NCBI GenBank assembly: GCA_945875935.1
Contig: CAMCNE010000001.1
Location: 1-58,966, forward strand
Length of the DNA: 58,966 bases
Source: Bordetella parapertussis
Lineage (GTDB): Bacteria; Pseudomonadota; Gammaproteobacteria; Burkholderiales; Burkholderiaceae_C
Reading direction: 5' to 3'
Of the stretch, positions 36,942 to 47,945 are shown piece after piece (position 1 is the first letter of the stretch; every line of letters starts with the position of its first letter). The position numbers and the translations under genes are program-made. A model generated the notes under the pieces. That model worked only from the letters and a program-made list of their open reading frames with translations. It ran no database searches and had not been told where the DNA came from.

Positions 36942-38528
36942 ATGAAGTATCGCGACCTGCGGGAGTTCTGTGCCGCCCTTGAAACCGAAGGAGAACTGCG
37001 ACGCGTAGTGGAGCCTGTGTCGACCCGGCTCGAAATGACCGCGCTCAGCGATCGTGTATTGCGCAGCGCCGGGCCCGCTTTGTGGTTTGAGCGGCCCGTG
37101 GATGCGCAAGGTCGTTTCAGCATTCCGGCCTTGACCAACCTGTTCGGCACGCCGCGCCGGGTCGCGCTGGGCATGGGTGCCAGCGAGGTGAGCGAGTTGC
37201 GCGATGTGGGCCGGGTGCTCGCCAGCCTCAAGGAGCCTGAGCCGCCCAAGGGCCTGAAGGACACCGGCCGCTTGCTGCACATGATCAAGTCGCTGTGGGA
37301 CATGAAACCCGCCAGCGTGAGACAGGCAGCGTGTCAGCAGGTGGTGATCGACGGCGAGGACGTCGACCTGCTGCGACTTCTGCCGGTGCAAACCTGCTGG
37401 CCAGGCGACGCCGGCCCGTTGATCACCTGGGGCTTGGTGATCACCCGCGGCCCGCAAGGCGGGCCAAACCCGCGGCGCCGACAGAATCTGGGCATCTACC
37501 GTCAGCAGGTGATCTCTGGCCGCCAGGTGATCATGCGCTGGCTGGCCCATCGAGGTGGGGCGCTCGACTTTCGAGACTTCGCGCTGGCCAATCCGGGCCA
37601 GCCCTTTCCGATCGCAGTGGCGCTGGGTGCCGATCCGGCCACCATCCTGGGCGCTGTCACGCCTGTGCCGGACACCTTGTCCGAGTACCAGTTCGCCGGC
37701 CTCTTGCGCGGCAGCCGCACCGAGGTGACCGATTCCAGCGTTGGCGACAACGGTGTGATGTTGCAGGTCCCGGCCAGTGCCGAGATCGTGCTCGAGGGGC
37801 ACATTCCAACCGCGGCGTCTGGCTATGTCGGCCACAGCGAGCATGGCGTTCCACTCAAGGAAGTGAGCGGATACTTGCACGCGCTGGAAGGCCCTTTCGG
37901 CGATCACACCGGTTACTACAACGAGCAGGACTGGTTTCCGGTCTTCGAGATCAGCCGCCTCACGCACCGCCGTGATCCGGTCTACCACTCCACCTACACC
38001 GGCAAGCCGCCCGACGAGCCGGCCATATTGGGCGTGGCCTTGAACGAGGTGTTCGTGCCCATCTTGCAAAAGCAGTTTCCGGAAATCGTCGATTTCTACC
38101 TGCCGCCCGAGGGCTGCAGCTACCGCATGGCGATCATCAGCATCAAGAAGGCCTACCCCGGCCACGCCAAACGGGTGATGTTCGGGTTGTGGAGCTTTCT
38201 TCGCCAATTCATGTACACAAAGTTCATCGTGGTGACCGACGACGACGTGGACATCCGGCAGTGGAGCGAAGTGATCTGGGCCATCACGACCCGAATGGAC
38301 CCTGTTCGTGACGTCACCCTGGCGGACAACACGCCGATCGACTACCTCGACTTCGCCTCGCCCGTCAGCGGGCTGGGCGGCAAGATGGGGCTGGATGCCA
38401 CCAACAAGTGGCCCGGCGAAACCTCGCGCGAGTGGGGCCGGCCCATCCACATGGACGCTGCGGTGCAAGCCAGGGTGGCTGACGTGTTTGACGAGATCAT
38501 GCGTTCGACACCCAAGCGCGCCGTGTGA
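36942..38528 (+). CDS. ubiD: UbiD-family decarboxylase (4-hydroxy-3-polyprenylbenzoate decarboxylase)
   Basis: Start at [22 protein letters not shown]. Strong UbiD similarity runs throughout ([26 protein letters not shown]). Confidence 0.85.
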   Translation: MKYRDLREFCAALETEGELRRVVEPVSTRLEMTALSDRVLRSAGPALWFERPVDAQGRFSIPALTNLFGTPRRVALGMGASEVSELRDVGRVLASLKEPEPPKGLKDTGRLLHMIKSLWDMKPASVRQAACQQVVIDGEDVDLLRLLPVQTCWPGDAGPLITWGLVITRGPQGGPNPRRRQNLGIYRQQVISGRQVIMRWLAHRGGALDFRDFALANPGQPFPIAVALGADPATILGAVTPVPDTLSEYQFAGLLRGSRTEVTDSSVGDNGVMLQVPASAEIVLEGHIPTAASGYVGHSEHGVPLKEVSGYLHALEGPFGDHTGYYNEQDWFPVFEISRLTHRRDPVYHSTYTGKPPDEPAILGVALNEVFVPILQKQFPEIVDFYLPPEGCSYRMAIISIKKAYPGHAKRVMFGLWSFLRQFMYTKFIVVTDDDVDIRQWSEVIWAITTRMDPVRDVTLADNTPIDYLDFASPVSGLGGKMGLDATNKWPGETSREWGRPIHMDAAVQARVADVFDEIMRSTPKRAV

Positions 38529-38726
38529 TCCGGGTCACCCGAAGCAGCGCGGCCAGGAAATGGCGGCGGGCTTGGAAAACACAGCACAATCCCCGGCTCG
38601 CTTACCGCACTGCCGCGGGGTCAGGGATGGCCCCACATTGAACGGCGTGCGAGCCATTCCCAAACGGGGCCTTTTCAGCGCAAGTTGTTGCTCTGGGAGG
38701 CTGCCCACACATGAGGGTGTTGCTGG

Positions 38727-40235
38727 ATGAGTCTGTTCTCACTGCTTGATCACACAGCCACGAGGTTTCCGGATCACGGGGCGGTTTTCCAGGGCCTTGA
38801 ACGGGTTCTCACGTGGCGAGAACTGAAGGCCCGCGCTTTGGTGATGGGCGCTGCGATACGCGGCAGGTGTCGTCCGGGTGATCGGGTGGCGATCGTCAGC
38901 GAGAACCGTCCCGAGTACGTCGAGCTCATGTTCGCGGCGTGGGCCGCCGAGGTGGTGATCGTTCCGGTCAACTACAAACTGCACGACAAAGAGGTCTTGC
39001 AGATCCTGGAGGACGCCGAGGTTTCTCTGGTGTTTGCATCCCCCACGCTGCTCGGCGGGTTGCCCCGAATGATTGCGACCTATGGCGACAAGACGGTGGC
39101 GATTGGTGAGCCCGCCTACACGCAAATGACCACAGGTGAACAGCTGGCGGTTCCATCTGCCGACCCGCAGGCCTTGGCCTGGTTGTTTTACACGAGCGGG
39201 ACGACCGGCCGATCCAAGGGTGCCATGCTGTCGCATCGCAACCTGATGGCAGCGACCATCGCCCACCTGGCCGACATCGAAGCGCTTGATGAATCGTGCA
39301 GCCAGCTCCACGTGGCGCCCATGTCGCACGGTTCGGGCATGTACATGCTGCCGTCGATCGCTCGCGGTGCACGGCAGGTTGTTCCGGCCTCCGGCGGATT
39401 CGAGCCTGCGGAATTTCTCGACCTTTGCGATCAGCATCCAGCCTGCGGAGCCTTCCTGGCGCCGACCATGATCCAGCGTTTGCGCATCGCGGTCGAAGAA
39501 GGCAAGCGAAGCCGGCCGAAGCACCTGCGCAACATCGTCTACGGTGGTGGGCCGATGTACGTCGAGGAACTGAGAAAGTCGACGACCGTGCTGGGGCCAG
39601 TTTTTTCGCAGATCTACGGCCAGGGTGAGGCCCCAGTGACCATCACCGGAATGAATCAGGCCGCGCACCTCACAGACGACGACGCCATCCTGGGTTCTGT
39701 CGGTTGGCCACGCAGCGGTGTCGAGGTCCGGGTGACCGACGCTGATGGCAAGGACCTGTCAACAGGAACGATCGGTGAAATCCTGGTTCGCGGTGATGTG
39801 GTGATGGCAGGGTACTGGCGTAACCCGGCCGCAAGCGCCGAGACCTTGCGCGATGGGTGGCTTCACACCGGTGACATGGGCACGTTCGACGAACGCGGTT
39901 GCCTGACATTGAGAGACCGCTCCAAGGACGTCGTGATCAGCGGTGGCAGCAACATCTATCCCCGCGAGGTTGAAGAAGTGTTGCTGTTGCACCCCGCAGT
40001 GGCCAAGACGAGCGTGGTGGGGCGCCCTGATACCGAGTGGGGTGAGGTGCTCATCGCCTTTGTGGTCCGTGCCGATGGGGCTGATGTCACCCCCGCCGAG
40101 CTTGACGCCCATTGCCTTGATCACATCGCACGTTTCAAGCGACCGAAGGAATATAAGTTCCTGGATGAACTGCCCACCAGCAGTTATGGCAAGGTTCTCA
40201 AGACTGAGTTGAGAAAGCTGTTGGAAAACACCTGA
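38727..40235 (+). CDS. AMP-forming acyl-CoA ligase (medium/short-chain type)
   Basis: FYTSGTTGRSKG, YGQGEAP, TGDMG and SGGSNIYPREVE motifs. 502 aa. Confidence 0.8.
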   Translation: MSLFSLLDHTATRFPDHGAVFQGLERVLTWRELKARALVMGAAIRGRCRPGDRVAIVSENRPEYVELMFAAWAAEVVIVPVNYKLHDKEVLQILEDAEVSLVFASPTLLGGLPRMIATYGDKTVAIGEPAYTQMTTGEQLAVPSADPQALAWLFYTSGTTGRSKGAMLSHRNLMAATIAHLADIEALDESCSQLHVAPMSHGSGMYMLPSIARGARQVVPASGGFEPAEFLDLCDQHPACGAFLAPTMIQRLRIAVEEGKRSRPKHLRNIVYGGGPMYVEELRKSTTVLGPVFSQIYGQGEAPVTITGMNQAAHLTDDDAILGSVGWPRSGVEVRVTDADGKDLSTGTIGEILVRGDVVMAGYWRNPAASAETLRDGWLHTGDMGTFDERGCLTLRDRSKDVVISGGSNIYPREVEEVLLLHPAVAKTSVVGRPDTEWGEVLIAFVVRADGADVTPAELDAHCLDHIARFKRPKEYKFLDELPTSSYGKVLKTELRKLLENT

Positions 40236-40264
40236 TCAATACTTCTAGAAAACATGGGAGAGAA

Positions 40265-41437
40265 ATGATGAGCGTTGCAATCGTTGGTTGGGCACAAACA
40301 CCATTTGGTAAATTTGACAACGAAAGCGTCGAGAGCCTGATCGTCAAGGCGGTCAACGATGCACTGGCCTATGCTGGCGTTGAAGCTTCAGATGTTGACG
40401 AGATTTACCTGGGCCACTTCAATGCTGGCTTCTCAAAGCAGGATTTCACAGCGTCGCTGGTATTGCAGGCCGACGACGGCTTGCGCTTCAAGCCGGCCAC
40501 ACGCGTGGAAAATGCTTGTGCCACAGGGTCTGCCGCCATTCACCAAGGCATCAAGTCGATTGAATCGGGCCGGGCCCGTATCGTTCTTGCTGTTGGGGTT
40601 GAGCAGATGAGTTTGACATCGGGGCCGGAAGTTGGCGCCAATTTGCTTCGAGCTTCGTACCTGCGTGAGGAAAGCCATATCCAAGGCGGTTTTGCAGGCC
40701 TTTTTGGGCGAATCGCTGATGCGTATTTTGAGAAATACGGCGATCAGTCAGATGCTCTGGCCAAGATTGCCGCAAAGAATCACAAGAACGGAGTTTCCAA
40801 CCCTTACGCTCAGATGCGAAAAGATTTGGGATATGAATTTTGTCGGCAAGTCAGTGAAAAAAACCCGCTGGTCGCCGGCCCTTTGAAGCGCACAGACTGC
40901 TCACCGGTCTCCGACGGGGCTGCCGCTGTGGTGCTCGCCGATTCAAAGACGGCTTCCACGATGCGCAAGGCAGTCACTGTTCGCTCGGTGGCGCATGTGC
41001 AGGACTTCCTGCCCATGTCGCGCCGGGACATCTTGCTCTTCGAGGGGTGTTCGATGGCGTGGCGCAAGGCGCTTTCAGATGCGAATCTGCAACTGTCCGA
41101 CCTGTCTTTCGTCGAGACGCACGATTGCTTCACCATGGCCGAACTCATCGAGTACGAGGCCATGGGCTTGACGCCTTACGGGCAAGGCGCAAGAGCCATT
41201 CATGAGGGTTGGACCCTCGTTGGCGGGAAGCTTCCCGTGAATCCATCTGGCGGCTTGAAGGCCAAGGGCCATCCTGTGGGCGCCACAGGGGTTTCGATGC
41301 ATGTCATGACGGCGATGCAATTGAATGGCGAGTTGCCAGCGCCCATCACTGTCGAAAATGCGACGCTCGGGGGCGTGTTCAACATGGGTGGCGCAGCGGT
41401 TGCGAACTACGTCAGCATCTTGGAGCGTTCCCGCTGA
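40265..41437 (+). CDS. Thiolase-family protein (SCP-x / acetyl-CoA acyltransferase-like)
   Basis: Catalytic Cys context VENACATGSAA, plus THDCF and GHPVGATG near the C-terminus. G+C content drops from this gene onward. Confidence 0.8.
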   Translation: MMSVAIVGWAQTPFGKFDNESVESLIVKAVNDALAYAGVEASDVDEIYLGHFNAGFSKQDFTASLVLQADDGLRFKPATRVENACATGSAAIHQGIKSIESGRARIVLAVGVEQMSLTSGPEVGANLLRASYLREESHIQGGFAGLFGRIADAYFEKYGDQSDALAKIAAKNHKNGVSNPYAQMRKDLGYEFCRQVSEKNPLVAGPLKRTDCSPVSDGAAAVVLADSKTASTMRKAVTVRSVAHVQDFLPMSRRDILLFEGCSMAWRKALSDANLQLSDLSFVETHDCFTMAELIEYEAMGLTPYGQGARAIHEGWTLVGGKLPVNPSGGLKAKGHPVGATGVSMHVMTAMQLNGELPAPITVENATLGGVFNMGGAAVANYVSILERSR

Positions 41438-41734
41438 AAGTGGCTCAGCCGTCCGAATTGCGGCCGGACCCTGAGGCCGCTCTGAGGCGGCCCTGCGCTC
41501 CAATCGTCCGGAATCGAAACACTTTAGGCCTGAATTACCGGGGATTTCCCCAGTAAGTTTCAGTCCGTTGCAACGTACATTGCTCACTCTCAGCAAAGAG
41601 TCATCGCTCGATTTGCGTCCTTGGGGGACGTGCTTCAGGCGTATCACATTGGGTGATTGCTTCGCACCTTTTGCCTAGCGATCTGCTCATCCAGCATCCC
41701 TCCCACGCCAGACGCTATACAGATATCAAGGCCT

Positions 41735-43768
41735 ATGCCGCACACCAGCCAGATTTTCTCGCACCCGGAAAATGACGACCGTGTCAGTTCGACATGGGAG
41801 AAGTTTTTGAGTGGAGAGGTTTGCGGGTCAGATGCGCTGCGCCGGTTGATCGATGACTCTTGGCGCCGCTGTCAGACGGCGGATGTGGATCCCGAGCGAG
41901 ACAAAGCACCTCCTCCGCTCGCTGAAGAGCCCTTGCAGCGCCTGCTCGAGGAGCACGACGAGTTGTTGTCAGCGGGAACACCCGTGATGGCACACGCCCG
42001 CCAGTTTCTGGATGAAACCGGGACTGTGATGGTGTTGACCACGCACGACGGCGTTATTCTTAACCTCGAGGGGGACCCTTCTACCTCCGCTGCGGCCGCT
42101 GAACGTATTCGCATGCTTCCTGGAAGCAGCTGGAGCGAGGCCGCCTGTGGCACCAACGCAATTGGTACGGCGCTGGCTATAGGGCAACCGGTCCAGATTC
42201 ACTCTGCTGAGCACTACTGCGCGGGTATCAAGAGATGGACTTGTTCGGCCACGGTCGTCAGAGACCCCTACGACAACAGCATACTTGGCGTCGTTGACGT
42301 TTCTGGCCTGAATTCGACCTACAACAGGCACAGCTTGGCGCTGGTGGTGACCACGGCAAGCCGGATCGAGAGCCGTCTGGCGCGCCGCGAAATGGAGTTG
42401 CGATACAGGCTGCTTGACTTGTGCGTGTCCCGCGTGGGCGGCACCACATCAGACGGAATCATCTTGCTGGACCGACGCGGCAATCCCATCAAGGCGTCTG
42501 ATCGCGCGCAGACTGCGTTGAACGCGCTGAGCGCCAACGGACGAATGGCGGCGCCTATTGAGTTGTCCAAACTGAAGATTCCTGCATCTTTCAAGGGTGA
42601 TTTGAGGGCAGGCCTTCCCGACTGGATCAACCATGATTGGCTTGAACCGATTGTCGACAACGGACAGAAAATTGGCTCGATTCTGACGATTCCCAACCGT
42701 GGATTGCAGATTGGACCTCGCCGTAGCGAAGCCATTCTCGTGAAGAGTTCCGGCGTCAAAAATCAACACTTTGCGCGGGTCATTGGCAAGTCACCCAAGT
42801 TGCTCGAAGCCGTGGACTGCGCCCAAAGGCTTGCAAAGTCCAACGTCCCAATACTTCTGCTCGGAGAAACAGGTGTAGGCAAGGACGTATTTGCCAATGC
42901 AATTCATGCCACGAGCATCACCACGGGTGAGGCCCCATTTGTCGCCTTGAATTGCGGCGCATTTTCTCGAGAACTCCTGACCAGCGAGTTATTTGGTTAC
43001 GCCGAAGGATCCTTCACCGGCGCACGCCGCGGGGGAATGATGGGGAAGATTGAGGCTGCAAGCGGCGGCACCTTGTTTCTTGATGAAATCGGCGAGATGC
43101 CACTCGATTTGCAGCCTCATTTCCTCAGGGTGCTGGAAGATGGTGCGATATTCAGGGTAGGAGAGAACAAGGCGCGCAACGTTTCCTTCCGACTTCTGGC
43201 TGCAACCAATAAAGACCTTCGAAAAGAAGTCTCCGAGGGGCGTTTTCGAATGGATCTTTATTACAGAATCGCAGTTGCAGCGATCAACATTCCCCCCCTT
43301 CGGGAGAGATCTGAAGATATTCAAGCGATTTCAGAGTACTTTCTAGAAAAACTGTCAGCAAGGCATGGCCTTCAAAGGCAGAGTTTAGATGGCGAGGCTA
43401 TCGAAATTTTGAATCGCCACGACTGGCAGGGTAACGTAAGAGAGTTGCGTAACGTGCTCGAGCGAGCGATGCTGATGTCCACCGGGCCTGTACTGACAAA
43501 AGATTCTCTACCAGAAGAAGTGCGAAAATCTTTTGTGATAGATTCAATTAAGACCAATTCGGTAAGTTTGCGATTGGACATGAAGAGTCTTGAGCAAGTG
43601 GAGAAAGATGCAATCATTTCAATGATCGAACGGCTGGGCGGAAATATGACGGCCGTCGCCAGAGAGTTGGGGATTGCCAAAAGTACCTTGTATGTGAAAC
43701 TGAAAAAGTTTGACATTTCTACACATGCTGCTGAGGATCAGGCCTCGGCCATGCCCGCGCAGTTCTGA
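41735..43768 (+). CDS. acxR: Sigma-54-dependent transcriptional activator, AcoR/AcxR type
   Basis: Start at MPHTSQ. N-terminal AcoR-like sensory region, AAA+ core ([16 protein letters not shown] loop, ELRNVLERA), and a C-terminal Fis-type HTH ([19 protein letters not shown]). Confidence 0.85.
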   Translation: MPHTSQIFSHPENDDRVSSTWEKFLSGEVCGSDALRRLIDDSWRRCQTADVDPERDKAPPPLAEEPLQRLLEEHDELLSAGTPVMAHARQFLDETGTVMVLTTHDGVILNLEGDPSTSAAAAERIRMLPGSSWSEAACGTNAIGTALAIGQPVQIHSAEHYCAGIKRWTCSATVVRDPYDNSILGVVDVSGLNSTYNRHSLALVVTTASRIESRLARREMELRYRLLDLCVSRVGGTTSDGIILLDRRGNPIKASDRAQTALNALSANGRMAAPIELSKLKIPASFKGDLRAGLPDWINHDWLEPIVDNGQKIGSILTIPNRGLQIGPRRSEAILVKSSGVKNQHFARVIGKSPKLLEAVDCAQRLAKSNVPILLLGETGVGKDVFANAIHATSITTGEAPFVALNCGAFSRELLTSELFGYAEGSFTGARRGGMMGKIEAASGGTLFLDEIGEMPLDLQPHFLRVLEDGAIFRVGENKARNVSFRLLAATNKDLRKEVSEGRFRMDLYYRIAVAAINIPPLRERSEDIQAISEYFLEKLSARHGLQRQSLDGEAIEILNRHDWQGNVRELRNVLERAMLMSTGPVLTKDSLPEEVRKSFVIDSIKTNSVSLRLDMKSLEQVEKDAIISMIERLGGNMTAVARELGIAKSTLYVKLKKFDISTHAAEDQASAMPAQF

Positions 43769-43973
43769 TTGCCAAGCTGCGCTTTGAGTAGAGCATGGTC
43801 CGCATCGCGACTGGGTATGTCGGAGTCGCCGCTGGTGTCCTGGCAGGTTGAACCTATTTGTGTCGGTCACTTCTTAGCATGCGGCGTATGAAATCCGAAC
43901 GCTGAACATTGCCAAGGCCCGCCAAACCAATCCTAAGTTATTGATTTTTAAAGTATTAAAAAATCGAGTCGAT

Positions 43974-43989
43974 TGGCATGAGTTCTGCT
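43974..43989 (+). promoter_or_regulatory. Possible sigma-54 promoter upstream of the AbiV-like ORF
   Basis: TGGCATGAGTTCTGCT keeps the GG-N10-GC spacing, but the -12 element is CTGC rather than TTGC. Confidence 0.35.
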
Positions 43990-44024
43990 CTATCAAACCC
44001 TAACCATGCCAAGCCATCGGGGCA

Positions 44025-44786
44025 GTGCAGTTGATCGGAGTCGGGTTCGTGTCAAGTAAAAAGTCGTCTAATTATTCTCTCACCTCAACATTACTAAAGG
44101 GTTTCCGTAAAGCAGCCGTTGATAATGCCCGTGAGTTGCAATACGAGGCAGCCTTGCTGTTGTCAAACAACCATTATTCCAGGGCGTATTTCTTGGCCTC
44201 GGCCTGTATTGAGGAGATCGGTAAGGCCGTTCAAGCCTTTGATGCACTCGGGCGCAATGTTCGGGATCCTGAGGTCTCGACCCGGGTCAGGTTGAACTTT
44301 CAAGACTATTCAAAGAAGGTTGCTGCTGCCGCTTTTCCTTGGCTGCTCAATGATCCGAACTGTCGAGATGAGGTGTCGGCATTTATCGAGTCTTTGATAG
44401 AGTCGAAAAACGCCAGCGAACCCGCTTTGTTCGTTGGCATTGAACCTCAGGGAATGAAACTACACGCGCCATCTGCGGATGTCTCCAAGGAGTCCGCGGA
44501 GGAGTGTGTCCAGATGGCGAGAAACATTTTCGCTCATGCCTCTCTTCATGTCCTTGACGCACACCAGAAGGTTCGAACCAAGGCAGAGGATGATTTTTTT
44601 GTGATGAAGCCGTCTTCCATCCTAAACGTTTCGAGCGGAGCGGATTTTTGGCAGTACTACATTGCTTGCATGAAATCTGGTGACTCGGCATTCGAGGCTG
44701 CATTGATGGACTACACGCAAAAATATCTAGCCAAAAATGAGAGGTATGGGGGTCTAGGAGTTCGGGGTCTAGGTGACCCTCTTTGA
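44025..44786 (+). CDS. AbiV-like HEPN-domain protein (putative abortive-infection/defence gene); start uncertain (GTG 44025 or 44049)
   Basis: N-terminal pattern NARELQYEAALLLSNNHYSRAYFLASACIEEIGKAV resembles the AbiV family helix pair ending in EE-GK. The gene and its flanks are A+T-rich. Confidence 0.45.
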   Translation: MQLIGVGFVSSKKSSNYSLTSTLLKGFRKAAVDNARELQYEAALLLSNNHYSRAYFLASACIEEIGKAVQAFDALGRNVRDPEVSTRVRLNFQDYSKKVAAAAFPWLLNDPNCRDEVSAFIESLIESKNASEPALFVGIEPQGMKLHAPSADVSKESAEECVQMARNIFAHASLHVLDAHQKVRTKAEDDFFVMKPSSILNVSSGADFWQYYIACMKSGDSAFEAALMDYTQKYLAKNERYGGLGVRGLGDPL

Positions 44787-44869
44787 GTTTTTGTATTTGA
44801 ATGTTGAAAAATAAAAAATTAACTTGATGTGGTGTTTTGTTTAAAAATAAATTTAGAAAGGTTATGCCA

Positions 44870-45499
44870 ATGAAAATCTATGACTGGGCCGCGGCGCCCA
44901 ATCCGAAACGACTGCGCATGTTTCTCGTCGAGAAGGGGTTGAACATTGAAATTGTTCAGGTGTCTGGAGATGCGCTGCGGTTGCGTCCAGACTATGTTGC
45001 AAAGTTCCCTCAGGCCATGGTGCCCATGCTAGAGCTGGATGACGGTCGCCAGATTGGCGAGTCGATTGCAATTTGCCGTTACTTCGAAGAGTTGTATCCG
45101 AACCCACCTATGCTCGGGCGTGATCCTTACGAGCGTGCCATCGTCGACATGTGGGAGCGGCTTGCCTTCGACGAGGGAATGATGGCAGCTGGTGAGGTGT
45201 TTAGAAACACGGCGGAGGCCTTCAAGGATCGTGGTTTGCCTGGCTTTGCCGTGCCTGTGCCGCAAATTCCTGCGCTGATCGAACGCGGCAAGATGCGCCT
45301 TGCTCACTTCTTCACCAAGTTCGACAAGCAGCTGGGCAAGAACCGCTTTATCGCTGGTGACCAGTTCACCCTTGCCGACTGCACCTTGTATTGCAGCATT
45401 GAATTTGCAGGCTGGACGGACATCAAAATTCCGGACAACTGCAAGAACCTCCTGCGTTGGCAAGAGGAAGTGAGTGCTCGGCCCAGCGCGAAAGCCTGA
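44870..45499 (+). CDS. Glutathione S-transferase
   Basis: Thioredoxin-like N-domain (MVPMLELDDGRQIGESIAICRYFEE) and a helical C-domain. GAAAGG lies 8 nt upstream of ATG 44870. Confidence 0.8.
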   Translation: MKIYDWAAAPNPKRLRMFLVEKGLNIEIVQVSGDALRLRPDYVAKFPQAMVPMLELDDGRQIGESIAICRYFEELYPNPPMLGRDPYERAIVDMWERLAFDEGMMAAGEVFRNTAEAFKDRGLPGFAVPVPQIPALIERGKMRLAHFFTKFDKQLGKNRFIAGDQFTLADCTLYCSIEFAGWTDIKIPDNCKNLLRWQEEVSARPSAKA

Positions 45500-45670
45500 C
45501 CGGAGAGTAAGGGTTGAACCCTGATGACCGGAAGACGAACGGGGCTCAAAATTCCGTCCGGCTTCCATCCGTCCTAGGCCCATTGATTCGAGTTGAATTC
45601 TGGGCCGAAAGACGAAAAAACTGATGTAAATCAAACAGTTGGTCTTTCAACTGACATCAGGCTGACGATC

Positions 45671-45686
45671 TGGCATCGACCTTGCA
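45671..45686 (+). promoter_or_regulatory. Sigma-54 (-24/-12) promoter of the acxABC operon
   Basis: TGGCATCGACCTTGCA against the consensus TGGCAC-N5-TTGCW, about 100 nt upstream of the acxA ATG. A sigma-54 activator gene is nearby. Confidence 0.65.
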
Positions 45687-45785
45687 GTTAGGTGGGTGTT
45701 CGGTCCTTGATGGATCGTTCGGTAATTTCGGGCCCCTCGGGGCCATTGGCGTAGACCATATTGTTTTTTTAATGGAGACGTGGAG

Positions 45786-47933
45786 ATGACAACGGAAAAT
45801 TCGTCGGTTCAGGTGCTTGGCATTGATGCCGGCGGCACCATGACCGACACATTCTTTGTTCGTGCTGACGGGCGGTTTGTGGTCGGTAAGGCGCAGAGCA
45901 ACCCTGCAGATGAGTCGCTGGCGATCTACAACTCCTCAGTGGACGCCTTGGCCCACTGGGGTCGTAAGGTCGATGATGTGTATCCCGAACTGGTGACGTG
46001 TGTCTATTCCGGCACCGCCATGCTGAATCGCGTGTTGCAGCGCAAGGGCCTCGACGTGGGTCTGATGTGCAATCGCGGTTTCGAGCAGAACCACTCGATG
46101 GGTCGTGCTCTGCAAAGCTACCTCGGCTACGCTCTTGAAGATCGTATCCACCTGAACACTCACCGCTACGACGATCCTCTGGTGCCTATTCATCGCACCC
46201 GTGGCGTTGCAGAGCGTACTGACGTTCAAGGCAAGGTAGTGATTCCTTTGCGCGAGGACGAAGTCCGCGTCGCAACCAAGGAGTTGGTCGACGCTGGCTC
46301 CAAGGCCATCGTGATCTGCCTGCTTCAGTCGCACAAGAACGGCACCAGCGAAACCCGCTGCCGCGACATCGTCAAGGAAGAGCTCAAGAAGATGGGTGTT
46401 GATATTCCTGTGTTCGCGTCGGTAGATTACTACCCGCAGCGTAAGGAAAGCCACCGCATGAACACGACGATTCTGGAAGCCTATGGCGCAGAACCGTCGC
46501 GTGCAACCCTCAAGCTCGTCGCTGATCGCTTCAAGAAGCATGGCGCCAAGTTTGCACTGCGCGTGATGGCCACGCACGGCGGCACCATCAGCTGGCAGGC
46601 CAAGGAACTGGCCCGTACCATCGTGTCCGGCCCAATCGGTGGCGTGATCGGCTCGAAGATGCTCGGCGAAGCACTCGGCGACGAGAACATTGCTTGCTCC
46701 GACATCGGCGGCACCAGCTTTGACGTGGCACTGATCACCAAGGGTAACTTTGCGATCAAGTCTGACCCTGACATGGCTCGTCTGGTTCTGTCGCTGCCTC
46801 TGGTGGCCATGGACTCCGTCGGTGCAGGTGCGGGTAGCTTCATCCGTATCGATCCGTACTCGAAGTCGATCAAGCTCGGACCTGACAGCGCAGGCTACCG
46901 CGTCGGTACCTGCTGGCCAGACAGCGGTCTGACCACCTGCACGGTGTCTGACTGCCACGTGATCCTGGGTTACCTGAACCCGAACAACTTCCTCGGCGGC
47001 GCCATCAAGTTGGATGTTCAACGCGCTCGTGACCACATCAAGGCACAAGTTGCTGATCCTCTGGGCCTGTCGGTTGAAGACGCAGCAGCTGGCGTGATCG
47101 AGTTGCTGGACCTGACCTTGTCGGAATACATCCGCGCCAACATCTCGGCTCGCGGCTACAACCCGATCGAGTTCACCTGCTTCTCGTACGGTGGCGCTGG
47201 TCCAGTTCACACCTACGGTTACACGCAAGGCGTGGGCTTCAAGGACGTCGTGGTTCCAGCTTGGGCTGCAGGCTTCTCGGCCTTCGGCTGCGCATGCGCT
47301 GACTTCGAGTATCGCTACGACAAGTCTGTTGACCTGGGCTTGCCTGAACTCGCACCGGACGCTGACAAGGCTGCCGCCTGCAAGACGCTGCAAGCTGCTT
47401 GGGAAACGCTGGCAGAAAAGGTGGTTGAAGAGTTCGTGATCAACGGTTTCGGCCGTAAAGACGTTCTGTTGATCCCTGGCTACAAGATGCAGTACATGGG
47501 CCAGCTGAACGACCTCGAGATCATCTCGCCTGTCGCCAACGCTGCCACGGCTGCTGACTGGAACAAGATCGTCGAAGCCTTCGAAAACACCTACGGCCGC
47601 GTTTATGCTAACTCGGCTCGTTCACCAGAACTGGGATATTCGATCACCGGCGCCATCATGCGCGGTACCGTGGCGACTCAAAAGCCAGTGCTGCCAGAAG
47701 ATAAGGACGAAGGTCCTACGCCTCCAGCAGATGCACGCCTCGGCACCCGTCCTTTCTATCGCAAGAAGAAGTGGGTTGATGCAGTGATCTACAAGATGGA
47801 ATCGCTCAAGGCAGGTAATCACATCACCGGCCCCGCGATCATCGAGTCTGATGCGACCACCTTCGTCGTGCCTGAAGGTTTTGCGACCCGCGTTGACAAG
47901 CACCGCCTGTTCCACCTCATTGAAATCAAGTAA
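45786..47933 (+). CDS. acxA: Acetone carboxylase-type beta subunit (hydantoinase A/oxoprolinase family)
   Basis: 715 aa from ATG 45786 (GGAGA 7 nt upstream). LGIDAGGTMTDTF ATPase motif. Size and position match AcxA. Confidence 0.85.
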   Translation: MTTENSSVQVLGIDAGGTMTDTFFVRADGRFVVGKAQSNPADESLAIYNSSVDALAHWGRKVDDVYPELVTCVYSGTAMLNRVLQRKGLDVGLMCNRGFEQNHSMGRALQSYLGYALEDRIHLNTHRYDDPLVPIHRTRGVAERTDVQGKVVIPLREDEVRVATKELVDAGSKAIVICLLQSHKNGTSETRCRDIVKEELKKMGVDIPVFASVDYYPQRKESHRMNTTILEAYGAEPSRATLKLVADRFKKHGAKFALRVMATHGGTISWQAKELARTIVSGPIGGVIGSKMLGEALGDENIACSDIGGTSFDVALITKGNFAIKSDPDMARLVLSLPLVAMDSVGAGAGSFIRIDPYSKSIKLGPDSAGYRVGTCWPDSGLTTCTVSDCHVILGYLNPNNFLGGAIKLDVQRARDHIKAQVADPLGLSVEDAAAGVIELLDLTLSEYIRANISARGYNPIEFTCFSYGGAGPVHTYGYTQGVGFKDVVVPAWAAGFSAFGCACADFEYRYDKSVDLGLPELAPDADKAAACKTLQAAWETLAEKVVEEFVINGFGRKDVLLIPGYKMQYMGQLNDLEIISPVANAATAADWNKIVEAFENTYGRVYANSARSPELGYSITGAIMRGTVATQKPVLPEDKDEGPTPPADARLGTRPFYRKKKWVDAVIYKMESLKAGNHITGPAIIESDATTFVVPEGFATRVDKHRLFHLIEIK

Positions 47934-47945
47934 GGAGAAACAACC

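Noticed and set aside
45936-47393. A 485-aa ORF antisense to acxA.
   Set aside because: Same explanation: it is an in-register antisense frame ((47391-45780) is divisible by 3) of a gene with strong codon bias, and the product has no motifs.
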